This document shows, piece after piece, positions 1 through 9,866 of a stretch of DNA of 64,000 bases. Position numbers and translations under genes: made by a program. Where the stretch lies: positions 6,181-70,180 of the forward strand of contig CAZEQC010000008.1 in NCBI GenBank assembly GCA_964514285.1, read 5' to 3'. The DNA comes from an uncultured Anaerolineales bacterium. GTDB taxonomy: Bacteria > Chloroflexota > Anaerolineae > B4-G1. The notes under the pieces were generated by a model, which saw only the letters and a program-made list of their open reading frames with translations, searched no databases and was not told the DNA's origin. Positions within the stretch are counted from its first letter, which is position 1, and every line of letters starts with the position of its first letter.

Positions 1-468
1 GCCAGTCTCAACGTCTGGGAGATCACCCGCTTTCTGTCCAATCTCCAGCTTCAGGACGTGATGGTCAAGCGCAAGGACGTGATCTTCACAGATCCCGACG
101 TGGCTCTAGAGGCAGCTGCCCAGGTCATGATCGATAACAAGATCGGGGCCCTGCCCGTCCTGGAGGATGGCATCGTGGTCGGTATCATCACCGAGATCGA
201 TATGATGACGCAGCTAGCAGAGCTGCTGGGCGGGAGCGTGGCTGGCGTGCGGGCCACCGTGCGGATGCCCAATCGTAAGGGGGCGCTGGCCAAGCTCACT
301 GGCGCCATTTCGGATCAGGGATGGGGTATCTACGCCAGCGGCGGTGTGCCCACCCCCAAGGATCCCGAACACTGGGACTGCGTTCTCAAGATCAGGGACG
401 TGTCTAAGGAAGACGTGATCAACGTGATCGAGAGCCTCGCAGGTTACGACATCATCGACGTCCGTTGA
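1..468 (+). CDS. CBS-domain pair protein with ACT-like C-terminus (5' end outside window)
   Basis: Frame 1 is open from nt 1. 'IGALPVLEDGIVVGIITEIDMM' is a typical CBS motif. The C-terminal 'ATVRMPNRKGALAKLTGAISDQGWGI' looks ACT-like (AcuB-type architecture). Confidence 0.75.
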   Translation, partial: ASLNVWEITRFLSNLQLQDVMVKRKDVIFTDPDVALEAAAQVMIDNKIGALPVLEDGIVVGIITEIDMMTQLAELLGGSVAGVRATVRMPNRKGALAKLTGAISDQGWGIYASGGVPTPKDPEHWDCVLKIRDVSKEDVINVIESLAGYDIIDVR

Positions 469-765
469 TCACATCCGTTTACCTTCCTTGATCGATAACT
501 CTCATTCGGAAGGCCCGTACGCTAGGGGGACAGGGCAATCGATGTCCTGTCCCTTGGCGTGCCGGGCTTCCCCGCGCGAAAACAACCACATGTCGGCCCA
601 AGCCAACACTTCAGACCGCCTGGTTCATCCCCAACGACCAAGGCTGCGCAGAGGACGCGAAAGACCATGATCTGCCTCGTGGACATGGAGAAGCGACCAG
701 GGAGACGGAGCAGCCCGCCTCCTGCGGCTTCCACCACACAGCATCGTCTGGTGCCTCAAGCATAC

Positions 766-1458
766 ATGGACGACATCCGCAACCGGTTGGAGGAGATCTC
801 GGGCCACCACTGCCTGCTGAGACCCTACGCCGACATCACCCCGAATTGGCTGACCAACTCGGATGTCAAGGTCCTGGTTCTCAGCGGGAACGTCACGGCT
901 TGGGAAGCCTACGACGTGGCAGATTTCCAACCGCTCATGGCGATCGTCCGCAGTGCGTCCCTGCCCATCCTTGGTCTATGCGGAGGGCTTCAGTTCATCG
1001 CCCTCGCCCACGGCGTCGACATCGGCCCGATGCGAGAGCTGGAAACGGACGAGGAGGACGTCGGCGATGGCTTCGGCGCGGGCTACCTCAAGGAGTGGGG
1101 CTTCACCCCCGTTCGGGTTCTCCACTCCGACCCGCTCTTCGCTGGACTGGAATCACCCGACTTCCTGGAGGCCCACTATTGCGAGGTGAAGAGCGTCCCA
1201 GCGGGCTTCGAGCTGCTGGCATCCACCGGTGTCTGCCGCGTCCAGGCCCTGCGCCAGGTGGGGACGCTGGTCTGCGGCACCCAGTTCCACCCCGAGGCCT
1301 ACGTCGCGAAACCCGCCCACCGACGCAACTGGCTCGTCAACCTCGTCTATCCTGATGGCTACACGCAGAACCAACTAGACGGGCGTCGGTTTCTGACCAA
1401 CTTCTTCCGTGAGGCCGGTATTCTCCCGGAGCAAGGGGACGTTACATCACACGGATAG
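766..1458 (+). CDS. class I glutamine amidotransferase-like protein
   Basis: 'LPILGLCGGLQFIALAHG' (nucleophile Cys elbow) and 'GTQFHPE' (His-Glu) motifs. The ORF is open from 559, but residues before M at 766 are Pro/Arg/Ser-rich junk. Start is uncertain (559, 667 or 766). Confidence 0.7.
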   Translation: MDDIRNRLEEISGHHCLLRPYADITPNWLTNSDVKVLVLSGNVTAWEAYDVADFQPLMAIVRSASLPILGLCGGLQFIALAHGVDIGPMRELETDEEDVGDGFGAGYLKEWGFTPVRVLHSDPLFAGLESPDFLEAHYCEVKSVPAGFELLASTGVCRVQALRQVGTLVCGTQFHPEAYVAKPAHRRNWLVNLVYPDGYTQNQLDGRRFLTNFFREAGILPEQGDVTSHG

Positions 1459-1468
1459 AGGCGTTCAT

Positions 1469-2920
1469 ATGACCAAGATCATCAAGGTTCTAGCAGTGCC
1501 CGCCACCGGCGCTTACTACACCACCGACCTCAAGACGCTGCAGGACAACCCAATGCCCGTCGCACAGCAGTACACGGCCCGGTCGGACACCTCTGGATTC
1601 CGCTACGTCCGAGAGGTCGCGGAAGCCGTGTCGGTGGGCCTGATAATCGGCGATGGCACTGCGGAATCCTCGCCCGGTGACGTCGTCTGGGGCGACTGTG
1701 TTGGCGTCGCCTACGCCGGTATATCCGGCCGCGATCCCGTACTTCGCATGGCCGATGCACGTGGCACCATCCGCCGCAAGGTGGAGCCGGTGCTCACAGG
1801 CCGAGAGATCACCACCTTCCGGGAGTTAGCCGCTGAGATCGACGCGATCACCAAAGAGGTCCGCGTCCCAGCGCCGCCGCAGGAGGCCGAGAGTCCCGAG
1901 GAGAAAGAACACGCCAACGACGACCAGAAGCTGTCCCGGCGCGATCTTCTCACGGCGCCGTTCCGAATGCTCCGCCCGGAGGGAGCCGAAGAGAAACTAG
2001 CGAGGAAACAGCAACCCGGGTCCCAGAAGGTCATGACCATCGAGAGACCATTGCACACCGCCGTCCGCTACGGCGTCAGTCAGGCCCTTCTGAAGGCCGT
2101 CGCCCGGTCGCGAAACCTTACAATGGCCGAGGTGATCGCCGACGAGTGGGATCTGCCACAGCCGGGCCGATCGGTCCCCATCCACGCCCAGAGCGGCGCC
2201 GACCGCCGGACCAACGCCGACAAGATGATCGTCCGCCGCATCAGCTCTCTGCCCCATGCCCTGGTCGAGGACATCCCCACTCAGGTCGGCGAAAGCGGCG
2301 AGGCGTTGGTGAGTTACGTCCGCTGGCTTAAGGACCGTATCGAAGAGCTGGGTGGGTCCAACTACCGCCCTGCTATTCACATCGACGTTCACGGCGCCCT
2401 GGGACGCGTCTACGAAAACAACCTGGGGCGTATCCTGGGGTACCTCTACCGCCTGGAGTCATCCACCCAGCCTTACACCCTGCGCATCGAAAGCCCGTTG
2501 ATCATGGAGACCCGCGCTGCGCAGATCGAGGCGCTGAGGACACTGCGCGAGTACGTCCAGTTCCGCAATATGGCCGTCCAGATCGTGGCCGATGAATGGG
2601 CTGACACGCTCGAGGACATCCACGCCTTCATCGACGCCGAGGCTGCCGATATGATTCAGATCAAGATGCCCGACCTAGGGGGGCTCCACGACACCGTTGA
2701 GGCCGTTCTGGCCTGCAAGGAAGCCGGGATCGGTGCCTTCCTCGGTGGGAGCTGCGCCGAGACCGACCTGGCGGCGCGCACAGCGGCTCACGTCGCCCTC
2801 GCCACCCGGCCAGCCATGCTGATGGCCAAGCCTGGGATGGGCGTCGACGAAGCCGTCTCTATCGTCCAGAACGAGATGACGCGCACGCTCGTAGTGATCA
2901 AGGCCCGCGACAGCCGTTAG
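1469..2920 (+). CDS. 3-methylaspartate ammonia-lyase family protein (enolase superfamily) with an internal insertion of about 60 aa
   Basis: It aligns by eye along the full length with clostridial MAL: 'LHTAVRYGVSQALL', 'AQSGADR', 'LPHAL', 'IHIDVHG', 'QIKMPDLGG', 'AKPGMGVDEAVSIVQNEM'. ATG at 1469 follows GGATAGAGG. There is an extra acidic/basic segment at nt 1859-2044. Confidence 0.8.
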   Translation: MTKIIKVLAVPATGAYYTTDLKTLQDNPMPVAQQYTARSDTSGFRYVREVAEAVSVGLIIGDGTAESSPGDVVWGDCVGVAYAGISGRDPVLRMADARGTIRRKVEPVLTGREITTFRELAAEIDAITKEVRVPAPPQEAESPEEKEHANDDQKLSRRDLLTAPFRMLRPEGAEEKLARKQQPGSQKVMTIERPLHTAVRYGVSQALLKAVARSRNLTMAEVIADEWDLPQPGRSVPIHAQSGADRRTNADKMIVRRISSLPHALVEDIPTQVGESGEALVSYVRWLKDRIEELGGSNYRPAIHIDVHGALGRVYENNLGRILGYLYRLESSTQPYTLRIESPLIMETRAAQIEALRTLREYVQFRNMAVQIVADEWADTLEDIHAFIDAEAADMIQIKMPDLGGLHDTVEAVLACKEAGIGAFLGGSCAETDLAARTAAHVALATRPAMLMAKPGMGVDEAVSIVQNEMTRTLVVIKARDSR

Positions 2921-2986
2921 GACACCGGCCGAGATTTCAGAACAGCCCAAAAAAGGGGCCTCAAAAAGCACCAGGAGAGAATCAGG

Positions 2987-4504
2987 ATGGCCAAATCCAC
3001 CGACCAGCCCCTCCATCAGTCGCCTCAGTTCCGCGTCCTCAACGACCGTCAGATCGAGAAGGTCTACTATGCCACGCTGGCTTGCCTGGAACGGACTGGG
3101 GTCGACGTGCACAACGAACAGGCCCGCCAACTGCTGTCCAACGCTGGCGCGCGCCTGGACGGTGCCCGGGTTTTCGTGCCGCCCCACATCGTCCAGGACG
3201 CCGTTGCCGCAGCGCCGAAATCTTTCGCGCTGTGGGGCCGCCCCGTCGGGGACGCTCGTGAGCAGGACGAGTGCTACAAGGTTGAGGTCGGCTCACCCGC
3301 TCTGGATCAGCCTACCATCGACGCCGTCAACTTCGGGCCCGGGCCAACGTGCACCTACTTCATCGATCCCGAGAGCGGGGAGCGCCGCCGGTCGCAGCGT
3401 GGCGATCCTGGACTGGCGGCCCTGGTCTGCGATGCCCTGGACAACCTTGACTACGTTATGGGACTGGCGCTTATCGATGACGTCACGCCAGAGCTGTCCC
3501 CCATCTACGAATTCGCCGAGATGGTGGTCAACACCGCCAAACCCATCCTCCCCTGGGCCTACGCCCCCGATAACGTGTCCGACATCTACCAGATCGCCTT
3601 GGCCATAGCCGGGGACGAGGAACACCTTTGCGCCCGCCCATTCCTGGCGCTGTTCACCACGTTCCAGTCGCCGCTGCAACACACACGCGAGGACTTGGCC
3701 AACTTGCTTTGGACCGTAGAGCGCGACCTGCCCGTCGTCTACCTGGGAGGAGGATCCGCGGGGAGCACGGCGCCTATCACCGGCGCGGGCACGTTGGTCA
3801 TCACCTTGGCGGGTATGCTCAGCGGGTTGACCATCGCTCAGCTCAAGCGGCGTGGCGCCCCCCTGTGCGTCGGCAGCGCGCCCCAGCCAACGGATCTTCG
3901 CACGGCCCGCCCTGCCTACGGCGGGCCAGAGATGAGCCTCTATGCCGCGGCCATCTCCGACGTCTGCCGCTACCTCGGCCTGCCGTATATGGGCACAGCC
4001 GGTGCCTCCGAGTCGAAGGCCGTCGACCAACAAGCAGCCATCGAGAGCGCCATCCAGGTCCTGCTCTCCGGTCTCAGTGGTTCGACGCTGATCCACGACG
4101 TCGGGTTCCTCGACTGCGCCGACATTGGCTCGCTGGAGATGCTGGTGATGAACGACGAGATCATCGCCATGACGCGCCGCATCACCAGAGGCTTGGAAAT
4201 CAGCGACGAGACGTTGATGCTGGACCTGATCGACAAGGTAGGACCTGGCGGGCACTTCCTGGCCGAGCAAGAGACCGCCAGACGATGCCGCCAGGAGGTC
4301 TGGGTGCCGTCGCTGATGGACCGCACGCCCTGGGAGAGCTGGGCAGCCGCTGGCGCCGAGACGATGACCGACCGTCTCAAACGACGCGTTCAGACCATCG
4401 TCAGCACACACCAGGCGCCTCCTCTGCCCAATGGCGCGGCGGAGCGGATCAGCGAGCTGCTCCAATCGGCCGAGGCCCGCTATAGCCGACCCCGCGTCCC
4501 GTAG
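2987..4504 (+). CDS. MttB-superfamily (trimethylamine methyltransferase-like, non-pyrrolysine) methyltransferase
   Basis: 505 aa with no in-frame TAG. Family-typical stretches are 'GPGPTCTYFIDPESGERR', 'GGGSAGSTAPITGAGT' and 'GPGGHFLAEQETARR'. AGGAGAG RBS. Confidence 0.85.
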   Translation: MAKSTDQPLHQSPQFRVLNDRQIEKVYYATLACLERTGVDVHNEQARQLLSNAGARLDGARVFVPPHIVQDAVAAAPKSFALWGRPVGDAREQDECYKVEVGSPALDQPTIDAVNFGPGPTCTYFIDPESGERRRSQRGDPGLAALVCDALDNLDYVMGLALIDDVTPELSPIYEFAEMVVNTAKPILPWAYAPDNVSDIYQIALAIAGDEEHLCARPFLALFTTFQSPLQHTREDLANLLWTVERDLPVVYLGGGSAGSTAPITGAGTLVITLAGMLSGLTIAQLKRRGAPLCVGSAPQPTDLRTARPAYGGPEMSLYAAAISDVCRYLGLPYMGTAGASESKAVDQQAAIESAIQVLLSGLSGSTLIHDVGFLDCADIGSLEMLVMNDEIIAMTRRITRGLEISDETLMLDLIDKVGPGGHFLAEQETARRCRQEVWVPSLMDRTPWESWAAAGAETMTDRLKRRVQTIVSTHQAPPLPNGAAERISELLQSAEARYSRPRVP

Positions 4505-4603
4505 CTCTTACCACCCGCCACAAAGACAGAAAAAGAGCACCGCCCGGAAGCTAAGCAGGCGATGCCCTCCATCTCGCTACCTCGTCGCGCAGCCGACGTT
4601 TCG

Positions 4604-5197
4604 CTACGCCTCCTCGTCAGGTTGCTGGAGGATCTGATCCACCAACCCGTACTCGATAGCCTCCTCAGCGGTCATGAAACGATCCCGCTCAAAATCGGAC
4701 GCGATCTGCTCCACAGACTGCCCCGTGTGCTTCGATAGCAGCCGATGCAGCAAATCCTCGACCCGCTTCAACTCCTTGTACTGAATCTCCACGTCCGGCG
4801 CATAGCCCTGCGCGCTGCCACCTGCCGGATGCATGTGAACGGTCGCGTGCGGAAGAGCGTACCGATGCCCCTCGTCGCCCGACGCCAGAAGCACGGTCCC
4901 CATGCTGGCCGTCACGCCCACCGCATAGGTGTGCACTGGAGCCTGCACGTGCCGCATCGTGTCGTAAATGGCCAGGCCGTGATAGATCACCCCACCGGGG
5001 CAGTTGATGTACAGGGAGATCGGCCTCTCCGGATCCTCACTCTGCAGGTACAGCATCTGCGCCACGACCAGGTTCGCCACCTGGTCGTTGATCGGCGTCC
5101 CGATGAAAATGATCCGATCTCGCAACAGTCGCGAGTAGATGTCATACGCGCGCTCCCCACGCCCCGTCGATTCGACCACCATTGGAACTAACGGCAT
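4604..5197 (-). CDS. clpP: ATP-dependent Clp protease proteolytic subunit
   Basis: '[19 protein letters not shown]', 'INCPGGVI' and '[11 protein letters not shown]' (Ser) plus 'HMHPAGG' (His). Confidence 0.95.
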   Translation of the reverse strand: MPLVPMVVESTGRGERAYDIYSRLLRDRIIFIGTPINDQVANLVVAQMLYLQSEDPERPISLYINCPGGVIYHGLAIYDTMRHVQAPVHTYAVGVTASMGTVLLASGDEGHRYALPHATVHMHPAGGSAQGYAPDVEIQYKELKRVEDLLHRLLSKHTGQSVEQIASDFERDRFMTAEEAIEYGLVDQILQQPDEEA

Positions 5198-5213
5198 AAG
5201 TCACCCTCCAAAT

Positions 5214-6596
5214 CTAGGCTTCGCTTGCCTCTTCCGGTCCCTCTGCATCTCTCTCTTCCGCATCTGACGCCTCACCTGCATATGAGACATCCTCATGTGA
5301 GACATCCTCGTCGAATGCCTCTCCCTTGGCGATAGCCACCAGGCGCTCCACCGCCAAGTTGGCCAGCATACGGTTGCGTATGTCGTGGCGTCGTGCAGGA
5401 GCGCTGAGAGCCTCCCGCACCTCGCCCGCCCGCTCGCCGTACTGCTCGCTCGATTCCACGATCTGGGCGTCCAGCGCCTCATCGCTGATCTCGAGGCCCT
5501 CCTGATGGACGATCTCACCCAACACCAGCGACCGATCCAGAGAGGCTTTCGTGTCCTCTTTCAGCTCCTCCCGCAGATCCTCCATCGTCCGCCCCTGGAT
5601 CCGGAGGTAGTCCTCAAGCATCAAATGCTCTCGGCGCTCGATCTGTTGCTCGTAGTCCTCCAGGGCGTCCTCCAGGGCCTCTTCCAGCACCATCGGCGGA
5701 TACGACACCTCAGCCTGGTCAATGACGGCCTCCAGGACGCGTTCGGCATAATTGCCTTCCACTTCGGCTCGCTCTCTCTCCTCCAGCCGCTGGCGGATCG
5801 ATGCCCTCAGTTCTTCGAAAGACTCGTAGTTACCCACCGTCCGGGCCAGATCATCATCCAGCTCCGGCAGAATCCGTTCGTACACGTCCTCCACGTCGAT
5901 ATCGAAGGTCACCTCGGCCCCGGCCAATTCGTCAGCTTGGAAGTCCTCGGGCAGCACCAGCGTGACGGTCGACACCTCCCCCTCCTCCAGGCCAATCAGC
6001 GCATCCACGAGCCCCGGAATCGCTATCTCCTCCGGGTCGAGCAAGAGACGAGCCTCTTCCTCGTGGAAGAACTCCACCCCCTCCGACGTCCGGCCAACCA
6101 GCTCGCCCACCAGCAGATCGCCCTCGGCCGCTGGGCGATCCAGCGGAGCTAGAACCGCGTTCTGCTCCCGCACGCCCTCCAGGGCCTCGTTCACCATCTC
6201 CTCGGGCACCTCCATCGCCGAGGGTTCCAGGCGATACGACCGGTAGTCCCCCAGATCAACGTCGGGCGCCAGCGGCACCGTGAAGGTCAACGTCAGCGGA
6301 TCGAATGACGTCTCCTCCAACGTCCCTGGCGCATAGGGTGTGATGTCCTTCTCCTCCAGGGCCTCACGGTACAAATCCTCAGCCAATGTGCCGACCAACT
6401 CCTGCTGGAAGACCCGCTCTCCAAATCGCTGCACCACGACGTCGGGGGGCGCCTTCCCCTTGCGGAAGCCAGGAATGTCGACCTCCCTTGAGATCTCCCG
6501 GGCGGTTCGTCGCCGGGCGCGCTCGACCCGTTCTTCGTCGACGACAATAGTCAGAGATAACTGGCGTTCGCCAGCCGATTCGGTCGTGATCTTCAA
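5214..6596 (-). CDS. tig: trigger factor
   Basis: N-terminal 'MKITTESAGERQLSLTIVVDEERV...FRKGKAP' ribosome-binding signature. Located directly upstream of clpP. Acidic C-terminal tail. Confidence 0.9.
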   Translation of the reverse strand: MKITTESAGERQLSLTIVVDEERVERARRRTAREISREVDIPGFRKGKAPPDVVVQRFGERVFQQELVGTLAEDLYREALEEKDITPYAPGTLEETSFDPLTLTFTVPLAPDVDLGDYRSYRLEPSAMEVPEEMVNEALEGVREQNAVLAPLDRPAAEGDLLVGELVGRTSEGVEFFHEEEARLLLDPEEIAIPGLVDALIGLEEGEVSTVTLVLPEDFQADELAGAEVTFDIDVEDVYERILPELDDDLARTVGNYESFEELRASIRQRLEERERAEVEGNYAERVLEAVIDQAEVSYPPMVLEEALEDALEDYEQQIERREHLMLEDYLRIQGRTMEDLREELKEDTKASLDRSLVLGEIVHQEGLEISDEALDAQIVESSEQYGERAGEVREALSAPARRHDIRNRMLANLAVERLVAIAKGEAFDEDVSHEDVSYAGEASDAEERDAEGPEEASEA

Positions 6597-6682
6597 CGCG
6601 GTATGCCTCCTGTACTAAACTGTCTGTCCCCACCTCGCACACAATAGGCGCGCCTCGCGCGCCTAAGTGCCGCCGCAAACAA

Positions 6683-6764
6683 TGGGGAAGGCGGGACTCG
6701 AACCCGCACGGGTTACCCCACGTGATCCTAAGTCACGCTCGTCTGCCAATTCCGACACTTCCCC
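6683..6764 (-). tRNA. tRNA-Leu (anticodon UAG), type II with long variable arm; CCA not encoded
   Basis: The reverse complement folds by hand. Acceptor GGGGAAG/CTTCCCC plus A. Anticodon arm CGTGA-CTTAGGA-TCACG. Variable arm GGGGTAACCC. T arm GCGGG-TTCGAGT-CCCGC. Confidence 0.85.
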
Positions 6765-6778
6765 GCTTGCGAAATAGT

Positions 6779-6807
6779 ATTATAATGGCTCGTCCGTTTT
6801 CACGCAA
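6779..6807 (-). promoter_or_regulatory. sigma70-like promoter for tRNA-Leu (TTGCGT-N17-TATAAT)
   Basis: On the minus strand the -35 is 6807..6802 and the -10 is 6784..6779, 14 nt upstream of the mature tRNA 5' end. Confidence 0.45.
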
Positions 6808-6809
6808 GG

Positions 6810-6838
6810 TTGACAAGACCCTCCATCATTGGTATCAT
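6810..6838 (+). promoter_or_regulatory. sigma70-like promoter (TTGACA-N17-TATCAT) upstream of the PGI/PMI gene
   Basis: Perfect -35 at 6810-6815 and -10 at 6833-6838. It sits back-to-back with the tRNA promoter. Confidence 0.45.
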
Positions 6839-6998
6839 CCTCCGGCTGCGCTGCAGCACAGATCCCGAAAAAGCAATAACCATACAGCTCCCCCGAGAGA
6901 CGTCTATCCACAACAGCGGCGATAGCTAGCGCGCTGAGGCTGCATGTTATCTCGATGGGGGTCCAATCCTGCTCTTCATCGCCCAAGGAGGACCACGA

Positions 6999-8102
6999 TT
7001 GATGAACCTGGATCAACCTGAAACACTCAAACACCTCGATCCCGACAGTATGTTGGAACGCATCAGCGAACTGCCGAAGCAATGCCGAGAGGCCTGGGCT
7101 CAAGCCCAAGAGCTGACCTTGCCTCGCGGTTTCGGCGCCATCGATAACCTCGTTATCGTCGGTATGGGCGGTTCGGCTATCGGAGGCGCCTTGCTCCAGG
7201 ATCTGGTCTCAGATCAGTGTGATGTCCCCATCACTCTCGTCCGCGGCTACACGCTGCCCTCTTTCGCAGCGGGCCCGAGCACCCTAGTGATAGCCTGCAG
7301 CTACTCCGGCAACACCGAGGAGACGCTGTCCTGCTTCAATCAGGCGCTCGACAGAGACGCTCGCGCGCTGGCTATTACCACTGGAGGCACGCTTGCAGAC
7401 CTGGCTCGCGAGGCGCAGGCGCCGGTCGTCCAATTCAACTACCAATCGCAACCCAGGGCTGCCCTCGGCTACGCCTTCATCCTCCTCCTCGGAACCGTCC
7501 ACCGGCTGGGCCTCATCCGCGACTACGGGGAGGATGTCGCAGAGGCAGCTACCGTTATGGAGCATCGTCAGAAGGATATCGGCATCCAGACGCCTACCGC
7601 TGATAACCCCGCCAAACAACTCGCCCAACACATCACGGGTCAGCTCTCCATCGTCTATGGCGCTGGGTTCCTGGGCGCCACGGCCAATCGCTGGAAGACC
7701 CAGTTCAACGAGAACGCCAAGAACTGGGCCTTCTTCGAGCTCCTTCCAGAACTCAACCACAACGCCGTCGTGGGGCTCGGCATCCCGGATGTGGTGCAAC
7801 AGAACAGCATCGTCGTTATGCTCCGTTCGAACCTGGATCGGAGACGTATCCAGGAGAGGTGGGACGTGACCGCCGAGTTGATGGATCGCGAGGGGGTGAC
7901 AGCTAGACAGGTCTGGGGACACGGCGATAGCAAGCTCGCTCAGATGCTCTCGCTGATCCATCTCGGGGACTACGTAAGCTATTACGTCGCCATGCTCAAC
8001 CAGGTCGACCCCACACCGGTCGACACCATCGCCTTTCTCAAGCAGCGACTGGCCGAGCTTGGCAGCGTCATCGACGAGCCAAGAACCCAAGAACAAGGAT
8101 AA
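6999..8102 (+). CDS. bifunctional phosphoglucose/phosphomannose isomerase (SIS domain)
   Basis: 'LVIVGMGGSAIGGALLQDL', 'VIACSYSGNTEETL' and C-terminal 'GDYVSYYVAMLNQVDPTPVD'. Start is TTG 6999 or ATG 7002, after AAGGAGG. Confidence 0.75.
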   Translation: MMNLDQPETLKHLDPDSMLERISELPKQCREAWAQAQELTLPRGFGAIDNLVIVGMGGSAIGGALLQDLVSDQCDVPITLVRGYTLPSFAAGPSTLVIACSYSGNTEETLSCFNQALDRDARALAITTGGTLADLAREAQAPVVQFNYQSQPRAALGYAFILLLGTVHRLGLIRDYGEDVAEAATVMEHRQKDIGIQTPTADNPAKQLAQHITGQLSIVYGAGFLGATANRWKTQFNENAKNWAFFELLPELNHNAVVGLGIPDVVQQNSIVVMLRSNLDRRRIQERWDVTAELMDREGVTARQVWGHGDSKLAQMLSLIHLGDYVSYYVAMLNQVDPTPVDTIAFLKQRLAELGSVIDEPRTQEQG

Positions 8103-8125
8103 GGAATCACAGTAAAGGAAGACCA

Positions 8126-9634
8126 ATGCCCTCATCAAACAGGAATAGCACCAACGACAGGCCTTTCGACCCGCTCGTCTTCTGGGTCTCGGCCGTCCTG
8201 ACCGTTATCTTCGTTCTATGGTCCATCGTCTTTCCCGCCCATATGCAGCGGGTGGTTAACCGCGTCTTCAACTGGACCACGCAGGGCTGGGGCTGGCTCT
8301 ACCTTCTGTCAGTCTTCGCCCTGGTCATCGCCTGCTTCGTTCTTATGCTGACCAAGTTCGGCAAGATGAAGCTAGGGCTCCCGGAGGATAAGCCCGAGTT
8401 CTCGGACATCTCCTGGTTCGCCATGCTCTTCGGGTCGGCCATCGCGGCAGGCATCGTCTTCTGGGGGCCGGCGGAGCCTGCCTCCCACTACATGAGCCCA
8501 CCTCCCTTCTTCGGCGGTGAGCCAAAGACGCCTGAGGCGGCCATGGACGCCATGACCACCTCTTTCTTCCACTGGGGACTGAGCGCCTGGGCCATCTACG
8601 CTTTCCTCACCATTCCGCTGGCCCACGCGTGCTTCACCAAAGGGCTGCCATTCCGTTTCTCCAGCGCCTTCTACTACGTCTTCGGCGACAGCGTCCGCGG
8701 GATCTTAGGCAAGCTACTCGATATCTTCGCCGTCTTCGCCACGTTGGGGGGCCTGGCCACCACCACCGGCTTGGTCGCCCTCCAGCTCTCGAGCGGACTC
8801 AAGTACCAGTACGGCCTCTCCCTTCCCAGCTACGCTTCCTATCTCATCATTGGCGTGCTGACCGCCATCTTCACTCTGGCTGTCTACTCAGGCCTTCAGA
8901 AGGGGATCAAGTTCCTCGGGGACGTCAACATGTGGGTCTTCATCGCCGTCTTCCTCTTCATCTTCATCTTCGGTCCCACCTTGTTCCTTATCAACCTGAC
9001 GACCAACTCCATAGGTCAGTATCTGGCCAGCTTCTTGCCCATGAGCCTCTACACGGCACCTGGCGTCGAGGGGAACTGGCTCGGCGACTGGACGATCTTC
9101 TACTGGGCCTGGTGGATCAGCTGGTCGCCTTTCGTCGCCCTCTTCATCGCCCGCATTTCCAAGGGGCGCACCATCCGCGAGACCGTAGCCGCCACGCTGA
9201 TCTTGCCCACGCTGGCCGACTTCCTCTGGTACGGCGTCGTCGGTGGCGCCGGCATCCGCTACGACGTCACTCAGGTGTTGAACGAACACGGCCTTGAAAG
9301 CGCCGTCTTCGCCATCGCCCAAAACCTGCCGCTCACCGGCGTCCTGGCCGTGGCCCTGCTCTTCCTGATCGCCACCTTCTTCCTAACCAGCGCGAACTCA
9401 GCCGCCTTGGCTCTGTCGATGTTCGTCTCCGGGAAGGAAGATCCGGGCAGGAACCTACGCGCCTTTTGGGGCATCGCCCTGGGTGCTGTCGCCGCTGTGC
9501 TTGCCGGGACCGGCAGCCTGCAGGTCATTCAGACGGCCTCCATCGCAACGGCCTTCCCGCTGATGTTCCTGCTCCTCACCCTCCTGTACGGGACCTTCAA
9601 AGGCCTGCAGCAGTATCGCGCCGAGCACGACTAG
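8126..9634 (+). CDS. BCCT-family (betaine/carnitine/choline) transporter
   Basis: About 12 TM segments. 'WFAMLFGSAIAAGIVFWGPAEP' and the BCCT signature 'FYWAWWISWSPFVALFIARISKGRTIRE'. Confidence 0.9.
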   Translation: MPSSNRNSTNDRPFDPLVFWVSAVLTVIFVLWSIVFPAHMQRVVNRVFNWTTQGWGWLYLLSVFALVIACFVLMLTKFGKMKLGLPEDKPEFSDISWFAMLFGSAIAAGIVFWGPAEPASHYMSPPPFFGGEPKTPEAAMDAMTTSFFHWGLSAWAIYAFLTIPLAHACFTKGLPFRFSSAFYYVFGDSVRGILGKLLDIFAVFATLGGLATTTGLVALQLSSGLKYQYGLSLPSYASYLIIGVLTAIFTLAVYSGLQKGIKFLGDVNMWVFIAVFLFIFIFGPTLFLINLTTNSIGQYLASFLPMSLYTAPGVEGNWLGDWTIFYWAWWISWSPFVALFIARISKGRTIRETVAATLILPTLADFLWYGVVGGAGIRYDVTQVLNEHGLESAVFAIAQNLPLTGVLAVALLFLIATFFLTSANSAALALSMFVSGKEDPGRNLRAFWGIALGAVAAVLAGTGSLQVIQTASIATAFPLMFLLLTLLYGTFKGLQQYRAEHD

Positions 9635-9866
9635 CCCGAGAACACATCCCCTCGGGCGAAGGGCTTCCGAAGTCTTCAGCGGGATCCCCCAAGGCGCCCA
9701 AGACTCCAGTACGCAGGGCCGATTGCCTTGGAGAAGCAACCTCACAGACTTCGGAAGTCCTCTGCTGAACGAGATAGGCTCTCCACGCCCCCTGCCGCGT
9801 GCCCGGATAGAACAGACACCCCATGGCCTGGGCATCGTGCACCGTCGCTCGCTCTTTACCAATTCC

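Noticed and set aside
527-553. The hairpin GGGACAGG-N11-CCTGTCCC downstream of the CBS gene, as an intrinsic terminator.
   Set aside because: It has an 11-nt loop and no U-tract (followed by TTGG only). The evidence is too weak to call.
559-765. An N-terminal extension of the GATase1 ORF (starts at 559 or 667).
   Set aside because: The extension is Pro/Arg/Ser-rich with no family similarity. The conserved domain begins after M at 766. The start remains uncertain.
3293-4465. Long antisense or alternative-frame ORFs (for example 3293-4465 minus, 17370-18608 minus, 19871-20950 minus, 13394-14353 minus, 61503-62657 plus and 40269-41030 minus).
   Set aside because: They are Arg/Gly/Pro/His-rich translations typical of off-frame reading in high-GC DNA, and each fully overlaps a gene with strong family signatures on the other strand or frame.
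5270-5312. A short tandem duplication in the tig 3' end (encoding HEDVSHEDVSY), and the duplicated MTSER-MTSER codons at the histidine-kinase start (49232-49261).
   Set aside because: These are small in-frame duplications in low-complexity termini, with no evidence of functional significance.
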